Source: Eledone cirrhosa (taxonomy: Eukaryota). Taken from it: 64,000 nt of DNA. The position numbers were made by a program, and so were the translations under genes. Shown one piece after another: positions 52,786 through 64,000 of this stretch. The stretch is from the NCBI GenBank assembly GCA_964016885.1, contig OZ024745.1:13578001-13642000 (forward strand). Direction: 5' to 3'. Position 1 is the stretch's first letter; every line of letters begins with the position of its first letter. The notes beneath the pieces were generated by a model that had not been told where the DNA came from, did not search any database, and saw only the letters and a list, made by a program, of their open reading frames with translations.

Positions 52786-53962
52786 TATATATATATATAT
52801 ACAGACACACACACACACACACATATTTCGTTTTTGTATTTCTTTTGAAAGATTTCTTTTATTGGCAGCATGACCCTCCTAACGTATAGCAATATATATA
52901 ATTTCGTTTTTGTTTTTTGTTTTGTTTTTTGTTTTTGTTTTTGTTTTTTTCATATGTAGGACCACATTTTCCAGTGTGTTATTCTGTAATGTGTGATGTG
53001 AGATAAATTTGACTTCTATTTCTAACAGGCCAAGAGTCCGTGCAGAGACCTCCCCCTCTCCAACCAATCTCAACCCCCAGTGAAATCCTAGGTCAATCAA
53101 GATCGAACAAAGCTTCGTTTTCTATGTCAGGAACTATATTATTCAATGTAACCTGTATTTATGTGATTGGTGAGAGATTTAACTGATATTTTCAACAGGT
53201 CGAGTAACACCAATTAACAACGCTCTACTGTCGCCTTCTCTCCCTTTCTCTCTTCCACTGGTTGAACTAACAGACAACAGGCAGTAAGGGGCAATGTCCT
53301 TAGAAGAGGACGTTTCACCCTTTACAAATATATATATGCCTTAAGATCATTATAATTAAATTATTTCTGCATTAATTCTACTAGCAGAAAAACCACTCTT
53401 CGGTTGGTTTTCTGCTAGCATGTGTAGTGTGTATATTGATATTATACGCAGGTATACATACATGTAGATATGATACATCAAATAAAATCGTAATTGACAA
53501 TATACACAGAAATGTGTTACACTGTCTTATGTAATCAGTAAAGTAATCCATGATACATAAAAAAAAAGATGATATATATAAACTGCATTAGGAAACAATT
53601 AGTGACAGAAAACTAGTATGTTTATTCAAGCGATCGCCAACCGGAAGTGTTGACATTTCAGAAATGTTAAAGAAGTGAATCTTTATATAAACAAAATATA
53701 TTTAATCAACAGCCACGAAATTAAGTAGATAAATTATGTAATATTCATTCATTATTTATTCAAAGTAATCCAACTTATTTTACTAATGGGATAAAAAAAA
53801 TTATAAACCGTACGGAGACCCGCGCTTCTTACTATATTATAGTTTAGATTTCCAGATCATTTCATTAAATTCACTATTTCTTTTAAAGATACATTATCGT
53901 CTGCTGGGACTAATACTACAGTAAGACCTCCTTTTCTGCTGAATTAGTGATCAAGTAATTGC

Positions 53963-55413
53963 TATCATCACCATCATCATCATCATCACCATCACTATCA
54001 TCACCATCACCATCATCAACATCACCATCATCAACATCACTATCATCATCATCACCATCACCATCACTATCATCACCATCATCATCATCGCCATCATCAT
54101 CACCATCACTATCATCACCATCACCACCACTACAACCACCATCACAACTACCACCACAACTACCACCACCACAACTTCCACCACCACAACTACCACCACC
54201 ACAACTACCACCACCACTACCACCACTACTACCACCACCACAACTACCACCACCACTACTACCACCACCATTACTACCACCACCACCACAACTACCACCG
54301 CCAAAACTACCACTACCACCACTACTACCACGACCACCACCACTACTACCACCAACACCACCACTACCACCACTATTACCACCACCACCACTACTACTAC
54401 TACCACCACCACCACAACTACCACCAACACAACTACCACCACCACTACTACCACCACCACAACTACCACCACCACTACCACCACCACCACAACTACCACC
54501 ACAACTACCACCACCAATATCACCACTACCACTACTACCACCACCACCATTACTACCACCACCACCACAACTACCACCGCCAAAACTACCACTACCACCA
54601 CTACTACCACGACCACCACCACCACTACTACAACCAACACCACCACTACCACCACTATTACCACCACCACCACTACTACCACTACCACCACCACCACAAC
54701 TACGACCAACACACCTACCACCACCACTACTAACCACCACCACCACCACAACTACCACCACCACCACCACATCTACCACCACCACAACTACCACCACCAC
54801 CACATCTACCACCACAACAACTACCACCACCACAACTACCACCACCACTATTACCACCACCACAACTACCACGACCACTGCTACCACCACCACTACTACC
54901 ACCACAACTACCACCACCACTACTACCACCACAACTACCACCACCACCACTACCACCACCACCACATCTACCACCACCACAACTACTACCACCACCACCA
55001 CAACTACCACCACCACTACATCTACCACCACCACAACAACTACCACCACCACCACAACTGCCACCACCATCACTATTACAACCACCACCACAACTACCAC
55101 CACCACTACATCTACCACCACCACAACAACTACCACCACCACCACAACTGCCACCACCATCACTACTACCACCACCACCACAACTACCACCACCACTACA
55201 TCTACCACCACCACTACATCTACCACCGCCACCACAACTACCACCACTACCACAACTGTCACCACCACCACAACTACCACCACCACTACATCTACCACCA
55301 CCACTACATCTACCACCACTACCACAACTGTCACCACCACCACAACTACCACCACCACTACTACCACTACCACAATTACCACCACCACTACTACCACCAC
55401 CACTACTACCACC
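53963..55413. repeat. Degenerate (ATC)n/(ACC)n trinucleotide tract with internal block duplications
   Basis: Simple repeat with a one-base phase shift near 54732. Confidence 0.9.
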
Positions 55414-55485
55414 AGGAGGTACAAGGCTCACTTGATGTTATATATATTGTAATGTGTTGAGTGTGTTTGATGAGTTGCGAGTGGA

Positions 55486-56334
55486 TTATTCTACCGTGAG
55501 GCCCTCGTTGTGAGCGGGGTCTACCGTGAGGCCTTCGTTGTGAGCGGGGTCTACCATGAGGTCGCCGTTGTGATCGGGGTCTACCGTGAGGCCCTCGTTG
55601 TGAGCGGGGTCTAGCGTGAGGCCCTCGTTGTGAGCGGGGTCTAGCGTGAGGCCTTCGTTGTGAGCGGGGTCTAGCGTGAGGCCCTCGTTGTGAGCGGGGT
55701 CTAGCGTGAGGCCCTCGTTGTGAGCGGGGTCTACCGTGAGGCCTTCGTTGTCAGCGGGGTCTACCGTGAGGTCGCCGTTGTGATCGGGGTCTACCGTGAA
55801 GCCCTCGTTGCGAGCGGCGTCTACCGTGAGGTCCCCGTTGTGAGCGGGGTCTACCGTGAGGTCGCCGTTGTGAGCGGGGTCTACCGTGAGGTCACCGTTG
55901 TGAGCGGGGTCTACCGTGAGGTCACCGTTGTGAGCGGGGTCTACCGTGAGGTCGCCGTTGTGAGCGGGGTCTACCGTGAGGTCACCGTTGTGAGCGGGGT
56001 CTACCGTGAGGTCACCGTTGTGAGCGGGGTCTACCGTGAGGTCGCCGTTGTGAGCGGGGTCTACCGTGAGGTCACCGTTGTGAGCGGGGTCTACCGTGAG
56101 GTCACCGTTGTGAGCGGGGTCTACCGTGAGGTCGCCGTTGTGAGCGGGGTCTACCGTGAGGTCGCCGTTGTGAGCGGGGTCTACCGTGAGGTCGCCGTTG
56201 TTAGCGGGGTCTACCGTGAGGTCGCCGTTGTTAGCGGGGTCTACCGTGAGGTCCCCGTTGTGAGCTTGGTTTGACCTGAGGCCCTTGATTTGAGCGGGGT
56301 CTGCCATGAGGTCCTCGTTGCGATCGGGGTCCAA
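55486..56334 (-). CDS. Candidate terminal exon: 30-bp minisatellite (28 units) encoding DPAHNGDLTV repeats
   Basis: The repeat itself is certain. The frame is open across all units, variants include ggc/ggt/ggg and gaa/gag, and the acceptor-like ctaattgcatccAG lies directly 5'. Coding status is unproven. Confidence 0.3.
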   Translation of the reverse strand: MDPDRNEDLMADPAQIKGLRSNQAHNGDLTVDPANNGDLTVDPANNGDLTVDPAHNGDLTVDPAHNGDLTVDPAHNGDLTVDPAHNGDLTVDPAHNGDLTVDPAHNGDLTVDPAHNGDLTVDPAHNGDLTVDPAHNGDLTVDPAHNGDLTVDPAHNGDLTVDPAHNGDLTVDAARNEGFTVDPDHNGDLTVDPADNEGLTVDPAHNEGLTLDPAHNEGLTLDPAHNEGLTLDPAHNEGLTLDPAHNEGLTVDPDHNGDLMVDPAHNEGLTVDPAHNEGLTVE

Positions 56335-56395
56335 CTGGATGCAATTAGTTCAATATGAATAATAGGAGGATATTGTTTTCTTTATGCATATGTGG

Positions 56396-56506
<111 letters not shown>

Positions 56507-56534
56507 GGGCAGCGAGATCTATATTTTCTACTGA

Positions 56535-56830
56535 CTGTTCAAGGGACAAACAGCCTCGTGGTTCCGGCCGACAAGATGGAGAAGACATTGCCTCAGAGGA
56601 CGGTAAGGAAGACGGCGCACTGGAACAGCCACCCTACCTCTCGCAAGGTTCGCACTTGTGAGGTAACCAGCTCCGCCCCGGGGGTGCCAAGAACGGTGGA
56701 AGTCTCCCCCAGCAGAAACTCCATCACAAATCTATCAGAGAGTGGACGATAATTTGACAGTTTGATCTCTCCGGTCTGGTGAGCAGCGAGGCCTGGGGTG
56801 TTAGTTGAATAGCAACAGGAACAGCTGACT
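56535..56830 (-). mobile_element. CRE-like retrotransposon 3' fragment (RLE tail)
   Basis: PGLAAHQTGEIKLSNYRPLSDRFVME...ETSTVLG...REVGWLFQ...GNVFSI. Nucleotide homology to 7858-8085. Confidence 0.75.
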
Positions 56831-57577
56831 ACGAAGGCAAGATAGATTATATGGCGGTGGTGGTGGTGGTGGTGGTGGTGGTGGTGGTGGTGGTGGTGGT
56901 GGTGGTGGTGGTGGTGGTGGTGGTGGTGGTGGTGGGATAGGAGGAGGAGGGGGGAGACGACGACGACGACGACGACGAAGAAGAAGAAGAAGAAGAAGAA
57001 GAAGAAGAAGAAGAAGAAGAAGAAGAAGAAGAAGAAGAAGAAGGAGAAGGAGAAGGAGAAGAAGAAGAAGAAGAAGGAGAAGGAGAAGAAGAAGAAGAAG
57101 AAGAAGAAGGAGAAGGAGAAGGAGAAGGAGAAGAATTTATAAGATGTTATTTTGTGAAGATATTTTCTACGCGTGACTTGAAATATTTCTTTAGTGAGTG
57201 AATTATTTACAGCACATGGTCAGCATAGCTGGAATATGATTACATCATAAGAACTAACAACTATACGCACAATATTAATGTAATATCAATAACAATTTGT
57301 AGTCGCTTTTAAGATCAATAATTATTTCAACTGCACTTTGTCAGACTGATAGGAAATGATGACAGTGAGATGCTGAAAGTGAGAGAAAATCGTGATCTTT
57401 GAAATTAATATTTTTTAATTGCTTTATATGCCATATAGAGAATATTGAATTAATGACAGTGTTAGGAAAAAAATTGTTGAGGAAAATATGAATAAGAAAA
57501 CTCTTTAAACTCTTCTCTTTAATATTGATTTCTAGTTTGCACAACGCCTGAAGTTTTTTTTACGGGAGAGGGGGGGG

Positions 57578-57680
57578 GTATATGGTTAGAATGTTTCAGG
57601 AAAGAATCGCTGGACACATTTTACGGGCAAAACCAAGCGGCAGGAGACCCAGGGATAGACCTCCTCGTTCAAGGACGGAA
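57578..57680 (+). mobile_element. RTE-like LINE C-terminal fragment
   Basis: MVRMFQERIAGHILRAKPSGRRPRDRPP fits GH..RM...R....IL...P.G.RPRGRP. Confidence 0.65.
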
Positions 57681-57743
57681 ACTGAAATAGCTTGGTCATT
57701 TGATATTGTACCACGACACCCTACATTTAGTGAGTATGGTCGT

Positions 57744-60700
57744 ACAGAGACACTCTCTCGTCCTGGTAAAAGAGGTGTAGAGACAGTAGAGATTGCTGGG
57801 GACATCAAGGAATAAACAGAGACACTCTCTCGTCCTGGTAAAAGAGGTGTAGGGACAGCAAGAGATTGCTGTGGACATCAAGGAATAAACAGAGACACTC
57901 TCTCGTCCTGGTAAAAGAGGTGTAGGGACAGCAAGAGATTGCTGTGGACATCAAGGAATAAACAGAGACACTCTCTCGTCCTGGTAAAAGAGGTGTAGGG
58001 ACAGCAAGAGATTGCTGTGGACATCAAGGAATAAACAGAGACACTCTCTCGTCCTGGTAAAAGAGTTGTAGGGACAGCAGTGATTGCTGGGGACATCAAG
58101 GAATAAACAGATACACTCTCTCGTCCTGGTAAAAGGGGTGTAGGGACAGTAGAGATTGCTGGGGACATCAAGGAATAAACAGATACACTCTCTCGTCCTG
58201 GTAAAAGGGGTGTAGGGACAGTAGAGATTGCTGGGGACATCAAGGAATAAACAGATACACTCTCTCGTCCTGGTAAAAGGGGTGTAGGGACAGCAGTGAT
58301 TGCTGGGGACATCAAGGAATAAACAGATACACTCTCTCGTCCTGGTAAAAGGGGTGTAGGGACAGTAGAGATTGCTGGGGACATCAAGGAATAAACAGAT
58401 ACACTCTCTCGTCCTGGTAAAAGGGGTGTAGGGACAGCAGTGATTGCTGGGGACATCAAGGAATAAACAGAAACACTCTCTCGTCCTGGTAAAAGAGTTG
58501 TAGGAAGAGCAGAGATTGCTGGGGACATCAAGGAATAAACAGAGACACTCTCTCGTCCTGGTAAAAGAGTTGTAGGAAGAGCAGAGATTGCTGGGGACAT
58601 CAAGGAATAAACAGAGACACTCTCTCGTCCTGGTAAAAGAGGTGTAGGAAGAGCAGAGATTGCTGGGGACATCAAGGAATAAACAGAAACACTCTCTCGT
58701 CCTGGTAAAAGAGTTGTAGGAAGAGCAGAGATTGCTGGGGACATCAAGGAATAAACAGAGACACTCTCTCGTCCTGGTAAAAGAGGTGTAGGAAGAGCAG
58801 AGATTGCTGGGGACATCAAGGAATAAACAGATACACTCTCTCGTCCTGGTAAAAGAGGTGTAGGGACAGCAGAGATTGCTGGGGACATCAAGGAATAAAC
58901 AGAGACACTCTCTCGTCCTGGTAAAAGAGGTGTAGGGACAGTAGAGATTGCTAGGGACATCAAGGAATAAACAGAGACACTCTCTCGTCCTGGTAAAAGA
59001 GGTGTAGGGACAGCAGAGATTGCTGGGGACATCAAGGAATAAACAGAGACACTCTCTCGTCCTGGTAAAAGAGGTGTAGGAAGAGCAGAGATTGCTGGGG
59101 ACATCAAGGAATAAACAGAAACACTCTCTCGTCCTGGTAAAAGAGTTATAGGAAGAGCAGAGATTGCTGGGGACATCAAGGAATAAACAGAGACACTCTC
59201 TCGTCCTGGTAAAAGAGGTGTAGGGACAGTAGAGATTGTTGGGGACATCAAGGAATAAACAGAGACACTCTCTCATCCAGGTAAAAGAGTTGTAGGAACA
59301 GCAAAGATTGCTGGGGACATCAAGGAATAAACAGAGACACTCTCTCGTCCTGGTAAAAGAGGTGTAGGGACAGTAGAGATTGCTGGGTACATCAAGGAAT
59401 AAACATACACACTCTCTCATCCTGGTAAAAGAGTTGTAGGAACAGCAAAGATTGCTGGGGATATCACGGAATAAACAGAGACACTCTCTCGTCCTGGTAA
59501 AAGAGGTGTAGGGACAGTAGAGATTGCTGGGGACATCAAGGAATAAACAGAGACACTCTCTCGTCCTGGTAAAAGAGGTGTAGGGACAGCAGAGATTGCT
59601 GGGGACATCAAGGAATAAACAGAGACACTCTCTCGTCCTGGTAAAAGAGGTGTAAGGACAGCACAGATTGCTGGGGACATCAAGGAATAAACAGAGACAC
59701 TCTCTCGTCCTGGTAAAAGAGGTGTAGGAAGAGCAGAGATTGCTGGGTACATCAAGGAATAAACAGAGACACTCTCTCGTCCTGGTAAAAGAGGTGTAAG
59801 GACAGCAGAGATTGCTGGGGACATCAAGGAATAAACAGAGACACTCTCTCGTCCTGGTAAAAGAGGTGTAGGGACAGTAGAGATTGCTGGGGACATCAAG
59901 GAATAAACAGAGACACTCTCTCCTCCTGGTAAAAGAGGTGTAGGAAGAGCAGAGATTGCTGGGGACATCAAGGAATAAACAGAGACACCCTCTCGTCCTG
60001 GTAAAAGAGGTGTAGGAAGAGCAGAGATTGCTGGGGACATCAAGGAATAAACAGAGACACTCTCTCGTCCTGGTAAAAGAGGTGTAGGGACAGCAGAGAT
60101 TGTTGGGGACATCAAGGAATAAACAGAGACACTCTCTCGTCCTGGTAAAAGAGGTGTAGGAAGAGCAGATATTGCTGGGGACATCAAGGAATAAACAGAG
60201 ACACTCTCTCGTCCTGGTAAAAGAGGTGTAGGGACAGCAGAGATTGTTGGGGACATCAAGGAATAAACAGAGACACTCTCTCGTCCTGGTAAAAGAGGTG
60301 TAGGAAGAGCAGATATTGCTGGGGACATCAAGGAATAAACAGAGACACTCTCTCGTCCTGGTAAAAGAGGTGTAGGAAGAGCAGAGATTGCTGGGGACAT
60401 CAAGGAATAAACAGAGACAATCTCTCGTCCTGGTAAAAGAGGTGTAGGAACAGCAAAGATTGCTGGGGACATCAAGGAATAAACAGAGACACTCTCTCGA
60501 CCTGGTAAAAGAGGTGAAGGAAGAGCAGAGATTGCTGGGGACATCAAGGAATAAACAGAGACACTCTCTCGTCCTGGTAAAAGAGGTGTAGGGACAGCAC
60601 AGATTGCTGGGGACATCAAGGAATAAACAGAGACACTCTCTCGTCCTGGTAAAAGAGGTGTAAGAACAGCACAGATTACTGGGGACATCAAGGAATAAAC

Positions 60701-63700
60701 AGAGACACTCTCTCGTCCTGGTAAAAGAGGTGTAGGAAGAGCAGAGATTGCTGGGGACATCAAGGAATAAACAGAGACACTCTCTCGTCCTGGTAAAAGA
60801 GGTGTAGGAAGAGCAGAGATTGCTGGGGACATCAAGGAATAAACAGAGACACTCTCTCATCCTGGTAAAAGAGGTGTAGGGACAGCAGAGATTGTTGGGG
60901 ACATCAAGGAATAAACAGAGACACTCTCTCGTCCTGGTAAAAGAGGTGTAGGGACAGCAGAGATTGCTGGGGACATCAAGGAATAAACAGAGACACTCTC
61001 TCGTCCTGGTAAAAGAGGTGTAGGAAGAGCAGAGATTGTTGGGGACATTAAGGAATAAACTGAGACACTCTCTCGTCCTGGTAAAAGAGGTGTAGGGACA
61101 GCAGAGATTGCTGGGGACATCAAGGAATAAGCAGAGACACTCTCTCGTCCTGGTAAAAGAGGTGTAAGAACAGCACAGATTACTGGGGACATCAAGGTAT
61201 AAACAGAGACACTCTCTCGTCCTGGTAAAAGAGGTGTAGGAAGAGCAGAGATTGCTGGGGACATCAAGGAATAAACAGAGACACTCTCTCGTCCTGGAAA
61301 AAGAGGTGTAAGAACAGCACAGATTACTGGGGACATCAAGGAATAAACAGAGACACTCTCTCGTCCTGGTAAAAGAGGTGTAGGAAGAGCAGAGATTGTT
61401 GGGGACATCAAGGAATAAACAGAGACACTCTCTCGTCCTGGTAAAAGAGGTGTAGGGACAGCACAGATTGCTGGGGACATCAAGGAATAAACAGAGACAC
61501 TCTCTCGTCCTGGTAAAAGAGGTGTAGGGACAGTAGATATTGCTGGGGACATCAAGGAATAAACAGAGACACTCTCTCGTCCTGGTAAAAGAGGTGTAAG
61601 GACAGCAGAGATTGCTGGGGACATCAAGGAATAAACAAAGACACTCTCTCGTCCTGGTAAAAGAGGTGTAGGGACAGCAGAGATTGCTGGGGACATCAAG
61701 GAATAAACAGAGACACTCTCTCGTCCTGGTAAAAGAGGTGTAGGGACAGCAGAGATTGCTGGGGACATCAAGGAATAAACAGAGACACTCTCTCGTCCTG
61801 GTAAAAGAGGTGTAAGAACAGCACAGATTACTGGGGACATCAAGGAATAAACAGAGACACTCTCTCGTCCTGGTAACAGAGTTGTAGGGACAGTAGAGAT
61901 TGCTGGGGACATCAAGGAATAAACAGAGACACTCTCTCGACCTGGTAAAAGAGGTGAAGGAAGAGCAGAGATTGCTGGGGACATCAAGGAATAAACAGAG
62001 ACACTCTCTCGTCCTGGTAAAAGAGGTGTAGGGACAGCACAGATTGCTGGGGACATCAAGGAATAAACAGAGACACTCTCTCGTCCTGGTAAAAGAGGTG
62101 TAAGAACAGCACAGATTACTGGGGACATCAAGGAATAAAGAGAGACACTCTCTCGTCCTGGTAAAAGAGGTGTAGGAAGAGCAGAGATTGCTGGGGACAT
62201 CAAGGAATAAACAGAGACACTCTCTCGTCCTGGTAAAAGAGGTGTAGGGACAGCAGAGATTGCTGGGGACATCAAGGAATAAACAGAGACACTCTCTCGT
62301 CCTGGTAAAAGAGGTGTAGGAAGAGCAGAGATTGTTGGGGACATCAAGGAATAAACAGAGACACTCTCTCGTCCTGGTAAAAGAGGTGTAGGGACAGCAG
62401 AGATTGCTGGGGACATCAAGGAATAAACAGAGACACTCTCTCCTCCTGGTAAGAGAGGTGTAGGGAGAGCAGAGATTGCTGGGGACATCAAGGAATAAAC
62501 AGAGACACTCTCTCGTCCTGGTTAAAGAGGTGTAGGCACAGCAGAGATTGCTGGGGACATCAAGGAATAAACAGAGACACTCTCTCGTCTTGGTAAAAGA
62601 GGTGTAGGAAGAGCAAAGATTGCTGGGGACATCAAGGAATAAACAGAGACACTCTCTCGTCCTGGTAAAAGAGGTGTAGGGACAGCAGAGATTGCTGGGG
62701 ACATCAAGGAATAAACAGAGACACTCTCTCGTCCTGGTAAAAGAGGTGTAGGAAGAGCAGAGATTGCTGGGGACATCAAGGAATAAACAGAGACACTCTC
62801 TCATCCTGGTAAAAGAGGTGTAGGAAGAGCAGAGTTTGCTGGGGACATCAAGGAATAAACAGAGACACTCTCTCGTCCTGGTAAAAGAGGTGTAGGAAGA
62901 GCACAGATTGCTGGGGACATCAAGGAATAAACAGATACACTCTCTCGTCCTGGTAAAAGGGGTGTAGGGACAGCAGAGATTGCTGGGGACATCAAGGAAT
63001 AAACAGAGACAATCTCTCGTCTTGGTAAAAGAGGTGTAGGAAGAGCAGAGATTGCTGGTGACATCAAGGAATAAACAGAGATACACTCTCGTCCTGGTAA
63101 AAGAGGTGTAGGAAGAGCAACGATTGCTGGCGACATCAAGGAATAAACAGAGACGCTCTCTCTTCCTGGTAAAAGAGGTGTAGGGACAGCAGAGATTGCT
63201 GGGGACATCAAAGAATAAACAGAGACACTCTCTCGTCCTGGTAAAAGAGTTGTAGGGACAGTAGAGATTGCTGTGGACATCAAGGAATAAACAGAGACAC
63301 TCTCTCGTCCTGGTAGAAGAGGTGTAGGAAGAGGAGAGATTGCTGGGGACATCAAGGAATAAACAGAGACACTCTCTCGTCCTGGTAAAAGAGGTGTAGT
63401 GACAGTACAGATTGCTGGGGACATCAAGGAATAAACAGAGACACTCTCTCCTCCTGGTAAAAGAGGTGTAGGAAGAGCAGAGATTGCAGGGGGCATCAAG
63501 GAATAAACAGAGACACCCTCTCGTCCTGGTAAAAGAGGTGTAGGAAGAGCAGAGATTGCTGGGGACATCAAGGAATAAACAGAGACACTCTCTCGTCCTG
63601 GTAAAAGAGGTGTAGGGACAGCAGAGATTGTTGGGGACATCAAGGAATAAACAGAGACACTCTCTCGTCCTGGTAAAAGAGGTGTAGGAAGAGCAGATAT

Positions 63701-64000
63701 TGCTGGGGACATCAAGGAATAAACAGAGACACTCTCTCGTCCTGGTAAAAGAGGTGTAGGGACAGCAGAGATTGTTGGGGACATCAAGGAATAAACAGAG
63801 ACACTCTCTCGTCCTGGTAAAAGAGGTGTAGGAAGAGCAGATATTGCTGGGGACATCAAGGAATAAACAGAGACACTCTCTCGTCCTGGTAAAAGAGGTG
63901 TAGGAAGAGCAGAGATTGCTGGGGACATCAAGGAATAAACAGAGACAATCTCTCGTCCTGGTAAAAGAGGTGTAGGAACAGCAAAGATTGCTGGGGACAT
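57744..64000. repeat. 72-bp satellite array (~87 units, runs off the window end)
   Basis: Unit acagagacactctctcgtcctggtaaaagaggtgtagggacagcagagattgctggggacatcaaggaataa. Three 73-bp units occur near the left edge. Confidence 0.98.

Noticed and set aside
53916-55452. Gly-rich/loricrin-like or Thr/Pro mucin-like protein
   Set aside because: Degenerate (ACC)n open in several frames with a phase shift near 54732. A similar tract lies at 11223-12097.
56544-56662. Plus-strand host exon
   Set aside because: The sequence is explained as the antisense of the CRE-like fragment.
57951-63086. 1711-aa Cys-rich ORF (and overlapping Pro/Ser-rich ORFs)
   Set aside because: Translation of a stop-free 72-bp satellite. 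Two frames are similarly open, stops and frame-shifting units occur, and there is no unique coding flank.

Overview
Eukaryotic, extremely repeat-rich animal DNA. The SINE families, microsatellite load and TE mix suggest a cephalopod such as octopus, but that is inference. No intact host gene is recognisable, and most ORF-track entries are translated microsatellites or minisatellites. The window holds decayed Penelope-like elements (two Neptune-type, one Naiad-type), two RTE LINEs with a family of non-autonomous (TATG)n-tailed derivatives, CRE and L1/Tx1 fragments, two tRNA-derived SINE families, a non-autonomous Helitron, a hAT-like MITE and at least eight tandem arrays (30, 36, 37, 56, 58, 60 and 72 bp units plus a 4.8-kb G-rich tract). 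The most notable signal is a set of short non-coding modules abutting (TA)n tracts that carry type I hammerhead ribozyme (HHR) folds. These include an atypical CAGAAGA-core variant with covarying stems, and a shared ETS/NRF1/YY1-motif cassette upstream of two different ribozymes. About ten fold-back inverted duplications accompany them, one a perfect 81-bp palindrome. All coordinates were read by eye and may be off by a few bases.
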